64,000 nucleotides of DNA, taken from assembly GCA_002633005.1 (NCBI GenBank), contig NMRA01000458.1, positions 270,260-334,259 on the forward strand. The letters run 5' to 3'. Each line of letters begins with the position of its first letter. Position 1 is the stretch's first letter. The notes beneath the pieces were generated by a model that saw nothing but the letters and a program-made list of their open reading frames with translations, was not told the origin of the DNA and ran no database searches. The translations under genes were made by a program, and so were the position numbers. Origin of the DNA: Phoronis australis. Taxonomy: Eukaryota; Animalia; Phoronida. Shown here piece after piece: positions 41,037-54,500 of this stretch.

Positions 41037-41632
41037 TGGGACGTCTTTGTAATGTGATTGACAATTTCTGGAAGCAACTCCGACATCATCAGTGCTGTAA
41101 GAGATAATTCTGGAAAGGACTAAAGTGTTCCAGCAACACGAGGATCTGGATTATTGTGCAATTATGTCAGGGTGCAGTTTGTTTTGTACCAGAGTTAATT
41201 TAGCTTCTTATCTATGAATCGGGTCATGATCAGTAACGATGCAAGGTAGCGTCCACTAATTGAAAATCATATGCTGTTGTCTAAAAATCATTTTTGTTCA
41301 CAATATACTTTGTATAGTAATATTGTGTTTTACATGTTACTGGAACACTGAGGAAATTGTCCACATTCAGGTGTTTCTTTAATATTTACAAAAGGAGTCA
41401 CTCATTTTTTGGCTACAAGGAGTCACTCATTTTATGGCTACCCTTTTGAAATTTCAAGTCTGTGGTAGATCATTTACAGGCGTTTCAATTTTTGGCGCAT
41501 ATTCCTATAAAGTCCTGTGTTTGGGTAGAATTTGCAAGCATATGCTTTCATAGTTTATGGATTAGGCAATCACCTTTTTATTTACCTTCAAACAACGGAG
41601 AAATTGACCATAAAAAGAATTTGAGCATCGTT

Positions 41633-41638
41633 AATAAA
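41633..41638 (+). promoter_or_regulatory. Candidate EED polyadenylation signal
   Basis: First AATAAA seen about 600 nt after the EED stop, followed by T-rich sequence. Confidence 0.4.
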
Positions 41639-44242
41639 GGATTTTTAAATCTGTCCTAATATCTCCATGTTAGAGGTTAAATCAATAACTGAATATAACT
41701 TTCTTTGTTCAGTGACCACAAACATTCTTAAACCGGAAGTTGCTTGCATTCTTACAAGACTTGTTCAAAACTGAAAATGGCAGTTACATGGTTATGAGGT
41801 TATATGTGGTGGATTTATATTTAAGACTCGGTGACGGGCAGTTAAAAAGTTAATATCATGTGGCATCATTTGTAAGGTTCCATGAAGGTTGGCAACTGTG
41901 GTTGGGATCTGTGGTTCTTCCCCCACCAGGCCATCATACTTGTTTTGTGAAACTTGTAACTCTGTCAGATACTTGTTGCCAGCTTGCTTCGTGAATGAAG
42001 GAAATCTTTGATCAAATGAACAATGACAAGTTTCTTTCAAAATTACCCTTTATTCACGGTGATAAAGCAGTCGAAAATTGCTTCCCAAGCCATAGCGAGT
42101 TAAAATATTTCCATAACTTAAGAGTTAAATCATAGTAACACACTTTATATCCAAAAATCAAGTTTGTTAGAATATAGAAATATAAATTTGTAGTCTTAAA
42201 CTGGAGGCAGAATTCCACAAAGAAAACGGACTTGACAGAAACAATAATTTTCTAACATGCTTTTCACAGGATTGTGTGTCTTTTGACTATACATTCGATG
42301 GTGTGGTTGCTTCAAACACTGCTCCATATGTACTACTACACATACTGTATTATGGCATTAGAAAACTGAACTAGGTCTGAATACATAAAACAATAAGCAC
42401 AAAACAAGTGGTTACATGTTAGATTTGTATGGCACCCTAGATACGATAAAATGAGTATCTGAAGCAGTAAGTACAATTTCTTTAAGTAGTAAAAACAAAA
42501 ATGATCAATACAATTATGACAATGTCTTCAAATACAGCAATACTGCATATCTAATTAACTGTTTAATTAGACATTCAATAACTTTAGGCATACTTTGTAT
42601 AAGAACATTTTATGCAGTGTTGATATGCGCACAAAATACACCACAAATGGTACGTTTCTGGGAGTTCTCAATGAAACCCATGTCAGGTACAAAGAGACAA
42701 TTTGACCACAAGGATCGTCCGATGCGACGTGAACCACTTAGAATCAGTAGCAATGGCTGCTGACAAAAGTGATATAATCACAGTTCTTAAAAATAACACC
42801 AAATCAAAAAAGTTTGAAAAATGAAGAGTAATCACCATTTGCAACCAAGGTATGCAGTACATGCCATTCAAATACAAGCAGGTCAAGTCTACTTCTTAAC
42901 AAACCAGAGGTTTGAGAGATACAAAGATAACTGCACAAAACAGCAACAGCACTAAATGGATGTAAAATATTAAATACATGGCACAATAAAAATACAAAAA
43001 CATCACAAGTAAACGTTTTATAAGGACAACACATGATCATGCAAGTCTGCAAGATATCTGCAACTGAATCGATTAGACTACCTTTTCCTTAGAGTGTCTT
43101 AAGTGTAAGGAACAACTCTGAATAGGCTTTGAGTAACTTTGACATATCAGACAATACCATGAACTAAAACTGACATGCTGTTGTAAATGACAACGGGATA
43201 TGGCCGTCACTCCATATGTGCCCCCCTTTGCCGGGCTGGGCAGTAAAAGCCAACCTCCACCAAAATTCATACCAGTGAAGTAATATTCAACTAGTGCTGA
43301 ACTATTCATGGCAACTTGTGACACAATCACAAGGATTCACCTCAACGTCTACTAAACAAAAATCTCAATCATGGAGGTATGAAAATACATATGGATAATT
43401 CGTAGTAATGTTCTAACAATTAGTGATCTGGTCCAGAAGTCTTATGAGATCAGGAGAGACTTTGAAACAAGCATACAAAGGTGAAACTGGGAGGTTTTAA
43501 TAGAATAAACAAAACAAGCACGAATGGGTTCAAACAGTACCAGACAGTATACATATGTGTGTGTGTGTGCGGGCGTGCATTTTTTAACGGGAACATACTG
43601 GCTGGTTACTTTTAACTAAAAAGACTTTTATTTTATATTTTAGTACAGATTAGATAGCTATTCCTCCATGTTTATCAGGTTCTCTTTTGACATGTGGCAG
43701 ATTTGAAAATTTGAAGAAGAATTGCCAGCCAATGGGTTTTCTGTCCTTTGCATTTCTTCTGTCTATTTGCAACAGAAACGAAACCTGTCTACAAGCTTTT
43801 AGCTAGGCGACATTTGTGGCTGCATCTAAAGGTGGTTGAGATGCTATGCGACAAGATCGTCTGGGCCTGCTGGAGTTCAGCGCCATCCTGGAAGGATGTT
43901 ATGTAAGTAGCTCTAGAATTGCTCTTACACTTTTAATTCAAACCTGCCTTGGCCACATTAAGTACAGCAGTTGGTGTAGTTGGCGACTATTTTAAGCGTT
44001 AGAGAAGCGTACATGACCTTTAATGGTTGCGGGAACAAAGTTTTCTTTGACTTATTTTCTCGTGTCTGTTTTCACAGCCACGTGCATCACTGCTTTTGCA
44101 GTGACCGAGTTAAGGTTTCAATAAGCAAAGAATAGAGTTGGTAGTGAATTGCCTGAGGAATTGTAATTATTTTGTGAATTGTATGTAGAATACGTAGTTA
44201 TTGCTTTAATTCTGAATATATAAGACCTTTATAGGTTAGAAC

Positions 44243-46270
44243 AAAGATGATTCTGAAATGCAGCAGGAAGTTTTTAAAGTGATATGTGACATTTTGATAG
44301 AATTGGCAAGGAAGTACAGCCGATCTTCAAAGTGTTAAGTTGGAATTATTATGACAAGTTTCAGAAGTGATACAAATTCATATTTCACTAAGCGATTTTT
44401 TTAGAGCCTGATGTGCATGAAAGGATTTTCTAGAGGTTCTTATGCCTTTATAAGACAATAACGATGCAAAAGGATGAAACAGACCTTGACTAAGTATTGA
44501 AGACAAAATTACACCAAGGTATTCATTTCATATACAACTTTTTTAAAGAGATTAAAGAAAACAGCCTACAACGAATGGATTTACCACATGATCTAGGGAT
44601 ACAGAATTGGAAGATAACATTGACTAGCTGCCGATATACCAAGGGAAATGCAACAGATGTTTGAAGGGTTTCATGGTGAATTCTATGTGTATAAAACTCA
44701 CAAGAGTAGATTATGTAGTACTACTGGACACAAAGAAACATGTCGTTCACAGTTCGTGAGACGCATGTTTTGTGAATGGACATTATCGAAGTTCCTGTGA
44801 AGTAAGGAAGTAAAAAGCTTCCATGATTTGAAAAGATATGATTGACATTAAATTGCTCCTAGATAAACATCCTAAGAATTTCCATCAATGCCTGATGGTT
44901 TTCTTTGAAGACAATCTGCTCGTCGTGGGCTGCAGATTATTTGTTACATAAAAAGACACATCTTAAAATAAATTCCACTTTTTCAGAAATTCAACCGTGT
45001 GCATACACTTTTGAGATAGGCATTTGAACTGCTACAAGGGGTACACATTTCAAGAGGGAACAGCCATTTCTGGAATAACAAAGTTGTGTAAGCCATGATT
45101 AAAGAACCTCAGCAAAGTGGAACTAAGAGAAGCATTGTGGGTAAATGATGCGAGATTCAAACATCACAATATCATCTGGAACTGTCCTATAGGTTGTCCC
45201 ATTTAAATGAGTACTAGTACTCAAAATGAGAATGAGATTTTAACAGCAACTAAAAGATTTTAAGAAAAGTTGGAAGGAAAAACTAGGGAGATTGAAAATC
45301 TGATCTGTAATAAATTTCAGGAGATGTCCAACAAAATTATTAATCTTGAGAAAGAAAACCATGATCTAAACGAACAGCTGAGAAAGCAGAGACAACATGA
45401 AAAAAACATCTATGAGTTATGCAGATTCTGTAAAATGAGGTGATGAGTCCTCATGGAATAAAACTTATGCAAAAGAGAAAGCAGAGAATATTGTTAAGAA
45501 CTTGAGTATTTAAAGCAGTTGATGATGACAACCAAGACAAAGTCATGAGAACGTAAATGAGCCTATAAAGAATATAAATCGGTAAATAAAACAACAAGAA
45601 TGGATCAACTGAAATTTGAAATTTTCGGAGGTAACAACTTCCTTTATCAACAAAAACAGAAATAAAGTAAAATCAAACACGAAATGACAATTGACATATA
45701 AGATATGGTGTAATGAAAATGATACCTTTTTGCGTAAAAAATTCAATGACATATTTTAAGTTTTAAAGAAAAAATGTAGAAGAATTCAAATGGATAAAAA
45801 AACATTTGAATCGATAGGAAATGTTCCTAAGGTTGGAGATAGCAACTTCAAAGCATTATTATACGACAAAGAGATGTCTCAGTGGGCAGACAAAAAAATC
45901 ATCTAGAGAATTATGGATGGCAGAAGTGCTACTCAATAATGTAAGATGTATCGACAAACAATAGTTAAAACTGTTACTCTTCAATTTGGTAGAAACGACC
46001 TTGCAAATGCTGCCTCAAGAATAGAAAGATGATTGTGAAATGCAGCATGAAGTTTTTAAAGTGATCTGTGGCACTTTGATAGAATTAGCAAGGAAATACA
46101 GCCAATCTTCAAAGTGTTAAGTTGGAATTATTATGCCAAGTTTCAGAAGCGATACAAATCCATATTTCATTAAGCGATTTTTTTTAGATGTGTATGAAAG
46201 AGAGATTTTCTAGAGGTTCTTAGGCCTTTATAAGACAATAATGATGCAAAAGGATGAAACAGACCTTGAA
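44243..46270 (+). repeat. Head-to-tail copies (period ~1.8 kb) of a decayed Zn-finger/coiled-coil/SGNH esterase unit (LINE ORF1-like)
   Basis: 44243-44490 recurs at about 46025-46270. 44243-45134 matches 56530-57394, and 45258-46270 matches 55965-56772. Translation shows VGDSNF (SGNH block I), QFGRNDL (block III) and a heptad-rich ENLICNKFQEMSNKIINLEKEN, with many stops. Confidence 0.7.
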
Positions 46271-46439
46271 AGAAATCGGAATCTTGTTAGTTGTTTGACG
46301 GTATTGGATTTTTTACATTGTTTACATTGTAGATTTGCAATATGGAGTTGTAACAAAATCTATTGGATGTCAAACTTCTTGGCATGTGTAAGTGTTGGAC
46401 GAGGACAGAGATTAGGAAGAGCCATCCATCTCCTTTTGC

Positions 46440-47470
46440 CCAGAACCTGAATATGACCCTGAGGAAGACGAGGACATAGACGCGATTGACTGCGAGGAGA
46501 ACCCAAAGGACCCAGACTATGAACCCGAGGAAGAGTCTAGTGATGATGAGATCTGATGTCTGATGAGGAGAGCGTTCATCCCAGGTATATACTATTATAA
46601 TCAAACAGTGATCTAAACATCTTTTGGTGCATGATATCACCAGTGTTTGATTTACCAAAAATAATATACCAGTATCCCCAAATTAGCATAAGTGTCCAAA
46701 AATTGCCATTTTTTACAAATTGTGTTTGCAACATGTTGTAGATGTCTTGGTTAAATTTGCAGAATACTTTTCTGTGCACCACGAGTATCTGATATAGTTT
46801 TCTCAACTGAAGTGGCAATTCACAATACAGTATGAAATTGACATTGTTACGGTAATAAAATGTCTGAGTAGAAAAAGTCCATCTAAGCAGATTTCATTAC
46901 AGTGAAATTGACATTTATATGTTGCCATTTTTTTGCTTTCAGTAAATCACCCTCCCAGGAACGCAAGTTCATCATATTTGAATCCTGTCTTCTAAAGTTC
47001 TTCACAATATGTATGACGTGCAGCAGTGATGGTGCCCAAGGAATCGTTAGCCATGTTGTGGGCACAATGGTGTGTATCTCTCAGTATTGTGAGTTGTGTG
47101 ATGCAACAAGCCACTGGGCCAGCCAGCCACTCATTGGTGAAACCTACGCGGGAAATACATTGTGGTTAGCTGCCATCTTCTTTTCCCGAAACCCGCCAAC
47201 CAAGACCTTGAGGTTGCTGAAATTTATGGGGCTTCAGGCTTACAGTGGGGCCACCTACTTTAATCACCAGAGAAACTATCTTCACCAAGCGATTCGGAAG
47301 ATGTTCTGACAGCAGCAGGACAAATACTTCGCCTCAGTGCAAGATATACCAATTGACCTGGCTGGGGATGCCCTGTGCAATTCCATGGGTCACTCGGCTA
47401 AATTCAGAAGCTACATGGTGATAGATGTAACTCGTAACACAGTTGTTGATGTCCAGTTAGTCCAGCTGAG
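46440..47470 (+). mobile_element. Degenerate Kolobok-like DDE transposase remnant
   Basis: An acidic DPDYEPEEE exon (about 46440-46584), then ERKFIIFESCLLKFF-CxxC...GTMV...CxxC...WASQP...AGN...YFNHQRNYL, an in-frame TGA at 47307, and DLAGDALCNSMGHSAKFRSY...VVDVQLVQ. The last part matches the remembered GDGRxDSPGHSAKY...DxQLVQ motif. Truncated by a MITE at 47485. Confidence 0.7.
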
Positions 47471-47484
47471 TAGAAAATCTAGTA

Positions 47485-47983
47485 CCGTATTCGCCCTAAT
47501 AAGCGCCCAGGGCACTCAGAAAAATTCATTTCAGAAAGGGGGGCACTTATTATAACCCAAAAGTGGGTAAAACCCGGTCTCCAAAACAGGTAAAATCGTA
47601 AGCTAGAATTCATCAAATTTACGATCTGTGACTCATCAGTAACCTATGACAGAGTTTCTAAAATATTGCAGTGCATTGCTATCAAACTTTGTTGTTCAAT
47701 TAAAAGCATTTTTCAGAAAATCCCAGTGCGAAAACTCGCCCACTGAAAGGTCAACTTGAATTCTTGAGGAAAAATATAGTTTCAATTCAACAAACTACCT
47801 GAAGTCCTCCTTAAGTTTTTAAAATAGCGTCCCGAAGATTTTTAAGGTCCTGTGGAGTCGGGATTAACAGCAACAAGAGAAAAATCTCTGGACGAACACA
47901 CGTTGTCACATGATGTCACATGATATTTGTTTTGAACTTCAGCTGCGCATTGTGTGAGGGGGCGTTCATTAGGGCGAATACAG
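47485..47983. mobile_element. TA-flanked MITE (Tc1/mariner/pogo-type ends)
   Basis: TIRs CCGTATTCGCCCTAATAAGCGCCC / GGGCGTTCATTAGGGCGAATACAG with TA on both sides. The internal segment near 47790-47872 matches the reverse complement of about 14375-14455. Confidence 0.8.
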
Positions 47984-48049
47984 TAGTCTTTTCGTGACTG
48001 AACTTCAAAAAGACTGGCAAGTGAATTGATGTGAATAAACAACACAGTT

Positions 48050-48348
48050 AGTCATGAGAATGTAAATGAGCTTATAAAGAAAAAATGTGCAAAAATTCAA
48101 ATGAATAAAACATTTGAATCGATAGGAAATGTTCCTTTGGTTGGAGATAGCAACTTCAAAGCATTATTATACTACAAAGAGATGTCTCAGTGAGCAGACA
48201 AGAACAACATCATCAAAAGAATTATACATGGCATAAGTGCTACTCAAGAATGTGAGAGGTATCGACATACAATAGTTAAAACTGTTACTCTTCAATTTGG
48301 TAGAAATGACCTTGCAAATGCTGCCTCAAGAATAGAAAGATGATTCTG
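48050..48348 (+). repeat. Third, partial copy of the SGNH unit
   Basis: Matches about 45775-46035 and 56250-56540 (GTTGGAGATAGCAACTTCAAAGCATTATTATAC ... GCCTCAAGAATAGAAAGATGATT). Confidence 0.75.
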
Positions 48349-48560
48349 ATAAATACTTAATCTTTGGTGAGGCTAACAAGTTTAGTTATTCAAACACGTT
48401 GTCAAGGCTTCAAAATCTTCCCTTCTGCCAAATTCGAGATTCAAGGTTTAGTTTATAAAATTTGATAGCAATTTCTTTATAAATTTAAATAATTACGATT
48501 CGAAATTTTTTTTAAAATTTTTATACGTCATCTTTTTCATACTATTTTTGCTTATTTTAG

Positions 48561-51500
48561 ACTAGACAACATCCATAGAGAAGGGATGCCACAAGATCTT
48601 CGGAATCTCGTGGTAAGTTGGAATGCAACAAAGCCTTTTTGTAGCATTCAAGTGCAAAAAATGCTGGATTTTTCTTATAATTTCGTCGAATATTGACTCG
48701 CTTTGTTGGCAAACTTAAGCTGTTTATTAATTATTTCACTCTGGAAGTGACGATCTACAACTTATTCTTTCAGAATCTCTCTTCACAAGACAGTTCGTGT
48801 GTTTGGAGAAAACGGACACCGATCTTGTCCCAACCACCACGCAAAAAATCTGTTAGGCCCGCTACGGCATGGAAGAGAAAACAATTCAGTTTTCAAAAAA
48901 GGATGTCGACCATGTCAAGGAAAAATTGCATGAGTAAGTTTATCTGTCACGTGCGCTTATTCCAAGGGAATGTGACTGCATATTTTCTTTACGGATGAAA
49001 ATAACTATTTGAAAAATCTGTGCTTCTATTTTGCACACATTTATACCAAAGTCACTAAAATATAATGTTTGAAAATTGTTTATCTTTATTTTAGAACTTT
49101 CTCTGCTTAACAAGATGCCCATGGTTTTGAACTGCTCATCACCGCAAGTGGTTCACGCTCCAAATTACAAGTTGTTCACTGCGGATCGTGTGGTGTGGAC
49201 AAAATGAAACAGTTTGTTTCCAGGCGAATTTACATTCGACCTATTCAAAGATGCCTCAGGATGACCCAGCCCCATGAAGAGGACAAGGACAGAGAAAAAT
49301 GCATCAGATGCCAACACGAATTTCCTGTTTCACGATTACGGAGCCATCTGAGACTGTGCGCAGTATTAGTAAGTACATGTAACATAAAGCCGAGTGCACA
49401 CGACATGTCGATTTGATTTTCATATAATATAAAAGGATTGAACCTATGTGGGCGTCATCACCGTCTCACTGAAATAGACTAAATTCCCCAATGATTCGGG
49501 GCTCTCCCCTAAGAGGTTGGTAGGGATGTACCCTCTCAGGCTTCCCGGTATCGTCTCTGATTAATAAGCAAAACTATGGAGGACCGGTTGACTGGTGACT
49601 TCATCATTTGGTATTGTCTTGGGTGCCCATATTGCTAGTCGCCCAGGTGTAATGTTGGTCATGATTTTGAAAGTGCGATGGAGTCCCCTTCCCAGTCTGT
49701 GTAGGGGCGCTCCTTACGCCATCGCCTCTATCATCACAAGCCGGCATACTTCATATCCACGTTTATTTAATGAAGAGCTTTTGTACTGAAACACATTATG
49801 CTGTACATAGAAATGGAAGTTCAAGAAATTATTTCATTTCAATATGCAAGACCCATCTGTAAAGCATGCTTTCTATGCATTAGGGCCCTCTGCAGTAAAT
49901 TGATTATGCGGTATATGTAATTGGTTCTAACCCAAAAGACAGCTTTGTAAACAAAAAATGACAGACAAACAGAGAACTTTGGCCAACAGTAAACCATGGC
50001 TGTGCTGCTAATCTCACATTTTGTTAGAGATAGATATAGATCTCATGCTTATGAAAAGTTTTAAATACTATGTTCTAATAGCTTTCACAGTTTTATGAAG
50101 CTTGCTCACTCCAACGTGGCTTTCTTCCTAGTCATCAACTGAAGTCACAGATTTTAAAGCATGGGCGTCTGAATGGAATGGATTGAGTGCCATTACTAAA
50201 AAGCAGTATAAGGAGAAGGCTCAGTCCAGTCAGCAACTTCAGAACTCACCGAAAACCACAACGAAGCAACTGACTATGTTGAAATCTGTGGTGAGTTTTA
50301 TATCTGGACACTAAGGGTAGTCAGTAAAGCGGGGACCTGTAAGCAAGATAGCTATTGTACATTTTTGCTTCTAAAATCACTACATGACGATTTTCTGTGT
50401 TCGTTCCCTTTCGTATAGTCACTTCCTTAGTTTCATTTGTTCGTTCTCTAAATTCTTCTAATTTGAGCTGTTATACTGGAACAGACATTTTCTATCAAGC
50501 CAGGTCCCGCTAATGAATATTGGGCACTTAAGAGCACAAAGTTAACACATTGTCTGAGCAGATTGGTTGTTAGAACTTTAGTCTATTCTGGCACTTAAGA
50601 CCAGTTAAAAACCTCACAGCCAACTTGTTAATAACATATTCATTACTTCACCTTAGGGTTAACAACATGCAGACATAGGTTGCGCAACATAACAGGTGCA
50701 ATGTACACTTAAGATAATGCAACTGTAGCTTCTGGCACATTTTGAGTAATATCAGTACCACCCATTGTTTAGATTATGTTATTATGTTTAGGTGGAAGCT
50801 CTCAAAAAGGTCGGTGTGGTTTGTGGTGGCATTGTCTATGAAGTAGACAAGGAATTGCCAACAGTGTTTTTCAACGAGCATCACGTTTTAACAGGATTCT
50901 GTAGTCTGTTTGACCAAGGTAATGTGTTTGTTGTGTTTCTGTGCCCTGTTATTTAACCATGCATTTATTTCATGTATTTGTCAGTGCTCTCATTTTTGTT
51001 GTCTGTAGTTAATTTTTCTTTTCTCGAAATGCAACTATTTAATGCTTCAGACAGACAAAAATCTGCAACCTTAATTATGCTATAGATAAACTAAGTTTGA
51101 AGTACTTTTACTTGCAAATGCACACCCAGAAGTACTAAAATTGGGTTATAGTGTAATACATCAACTAAAGATAATGTTGAAAGTTTTTTTATTTAACTGC
51201 TTGCTTGCACTTGTAACATGAACATTTTTATTTCGCTGACAGATAAGCCACGGATGGTTGAAGACAGGCACGCTCAAGATCCAAAGATTTTCAACGATGA
51301 GTTCTGTAGGTAGCTTAATATTTCTATTTTGCTTTGTTATCTTAAGTGGTCTTATTTGTACTTCTAAATTAGAGACAAAATATCTTTTGAGAAGGACTAT
51401 AAAGCCATTTTTAGTCCATTGCAATTATCATTTTTAGTAGAAGATTTTGCTACATTACAGAGAACAAATGGTTTTCAATGAATTGTTGCTGCATGAAATT

Positions 51501-54500
51501 AACTTACATTTCCTGGTACTTGTTTCAGCGAGAGCAGTCTGAAAACATCAAAAAGTGCCCTACAAGCAGCTGGGGAAAACATTGGAGGTCCAACATAATT
51601 TGGGAGAGGGGATTTTCTTTAAGAGGCCAGGTGCCTATGGCATAAAAACACTGGAAAAGATTATCACTTTCCACAGAGAAAGTGGTGTGGAACTGAGTGT
51701 AAAGAGGTGGGTATCTGATACGACATAGTGTTAAACAATGCTACTGCCACAGTCACGTGAGGTCATATTATGTTAGCTGCAAGTAATCACAATACTTGCT
51801 CGAGTCAGTGTTTGACTTTCAGCATGGGTGCCGCAGCCAAAATACTTCCTTAACTAATGCCTAACAATGGCACACCTTGCCAGCATACAATACTTTTAGT
51901 GAATCTGTCTACTTCTAAGATTGATGTAAATAGTTATTTACAATATAACGTAGCGCTGGAGTCTGGAAGTGATTACACCTACTACTTTATCAAATTGTTT
52001 GTTTTGCAATTATTTCGTCCTTTGTTAAATTAGCTATTTTAATTGTAATATTTGCTGCACATCAGACTTATTTGGGAACGTGTTTATTTCTGTTGGCAGT
52101 TTTTTTTTATCTTACCTCTGATTCATTTTATTGCATGTATTTGGAATTTTTATGGCATTTGACAAATAAACCAATGTAGCTAACAGACATCGGTGCAGTG
52201 AGTGGGTAATCTTTCCAGGATCGGGTGTTATAACAACACTATGAGCTACAAAACCCCGCCGTTGACAGGATTTTTGAAAAAGTGCATAGGCCATTCCACA
52301 GGCTTGAACTTGCGGGAAATGCGGAAGGCTGAAGACAACTACATTTTTCAAAAACTGTTATTTGGCTAAGCATAAATAAAAGTGAAGTTCATTATTCATT
52401 TTTATACATGATCAAACTTCTCTCTACAGATTGATAGCGAAGACGAGTCTGATGACGAGTGACCTCCCATAGTACATCCTGCTTCCCCACGAGNTGATTA
52501 CACCTACTACTTTGTTAAATTGTTTGTTTTGCAATTATTTCGTCCTTTGTTAAATTATTTATTTTAATTGTAATATTTGCTGCACATCAGACTTATTTGG
52601 GAACGTGTTTATTTCTGTTGGCAGTTTTTTTTTATCTTACCTCTGATTCATTTTATTGCATGTATTTGGAATTTTTATGGCATTTGACAAATAAACCTAT
52701 GCAGCTAACAGACATCGGTGCAGTGAGTGGGTAATCTTTCCAGGATCAGGTGTTATAACAACACTATGAGCTACAAAACCCCGCCGTTGACAGCATTTTT
52801 GAAAAAGTGCATAGGCCATTCCACAGGCTTGAACTTGCGGGAAATGCGGAAGGCTGAAGACAACTACATTTTTCAAAAACTGTTATTTGGCTAAGCATAA
52901 ATAAAAGTGAAGTTCATTATTCATTTTTATACATGATCAAACTTCCCTCTACAGATTGATAGCGAAGACGAGTCTGATGACAAGTGACCTCCCATAGTAC
53001 ATCCTGCTTCCCCACGAGTGGCATCGATATCTAGGTAAGTCTACTTATACGGAATTTCCCGTACATTTAAACTCGAAACAAATTCTTAAACGCGTCCTCA
53101 TCTAAACTTGCTCTTCTCTTCAGTCCGAAATTATTCTAAAACGAGACATTTTGAGCCAACGCTTTAAGCGGGCTTGACTACGGAGTTTCTTCATTTGAAT
53201 TTTTCATGGGTTGTAATAAATTCAAAGCTGACATTTACATTTTTGAAATATGTTGTATATTTTTTTGTAATTAACCTGATGCAAAATCATTTCATTTGTG
53301 AACAAATTGTTACGTGTATAACGAATAGGTACCTGAATATATTTATTTCCTTTCAGTGATATTGTTCCTGGTACATTTGAAGCACACCCGGATGTCCAAG
53401 AAGTGATCGACAGAATAATACAAGAGACTTGTGAAGCTAGTGAGTGTTACACTATGTGGTGTTGAAAATGCAACTTTTTCACACATATACCTTCCTTCAA
53501 CACGTATTCAATAGGAAAACAAAACAATTTGAGACTGATACCGAAATTATACGCCTAGACGCATTCATTGAAAACAAAACGATGAGCTTTATGGTGAAAA
53601 GAAATGTGTGAGGTCGGCAAAACGATATCAAAACAATTTGCAAATTTTGTTTGAAATGATACAAAAATTATATATTAATAGTAACATTTTCAAAAAAGAT
53701 GTAATCCAGTGGACGCCGCCTTAATAAGCACATAAATTCCCAAAATTCATAGAGTTATCTCTTAATTGATTTTAGGGAAAGCAAGGAGCCAGTAACAGTT
53801 CTAAAGGCTTACAGAAGTGCTTTCTTGAAAGGACGCGCACTGGATGTTTTAGATATGTCCGCTGTACTGGACGGTGAAGTAAGCGACATATTTTTATCTC
53901 GTAGTCGTTTGTGGGAAACTGCAGTGGAGGAAATCACTGCACTAAATAATATTCGATTTCCTCTCCGCGTCATCTTCTACGACGAAGAAGTGGAACACTT
54001 GGGAGGACCTCGACGCGAGTTCCTGACACTAGCTCTCAAACACGTGCGAGAGAATCTTTTAGTGTCAGATGAAGAGGACTCCCTGACAGTAAAATCACGA
54101 CAACTTGGGATTATCACGCCACCACTACTTCGTAGCAGGAATAATCTCAGGTACATTGCATTCAGGTCATTACAATGTAACGACGCTGTTATTATTGAGT
54201 AAAAGAAATTAATCTATTCAAGATCAGTCAGATTTATTGCATGTCTGGTTTATCTTTTAATAGTCTGCCGTACGTGTGAGCAAGTGCTCAGAAATAGCAG
54301 TCAGCAATGCCAGTGAGGCAATGTTTCTGTCAGCTCATACACATATTACTATTGTGGTATTCAAATGTATAGAAACAGTGCACCATATGGCTTTGTGTGA
54401 GCCAAATATCAGGTGCCAAATCAATACAGTTAGTGAAGTCTTGAACTATTATTTTGTTATAGCGCCAAGTGCACATCAGCCGGGTCCGCAACATACTTCA

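Noticed and set aside
43760-43910. GC-richer exon-like stretch ending in GTAAGT
   Set aside because: The frame I read contains stops and shows no recognisable homology, so a gene call cannot be supported.
47307-47309. In-frame TGA codons here and at 55696 as possible selenocysteine or readthrough
   Set aside because: The surrounding elements also carry TAA/TAG stops, frameshifts or truncation, and no SECIS was seen. Simple decay explains them.
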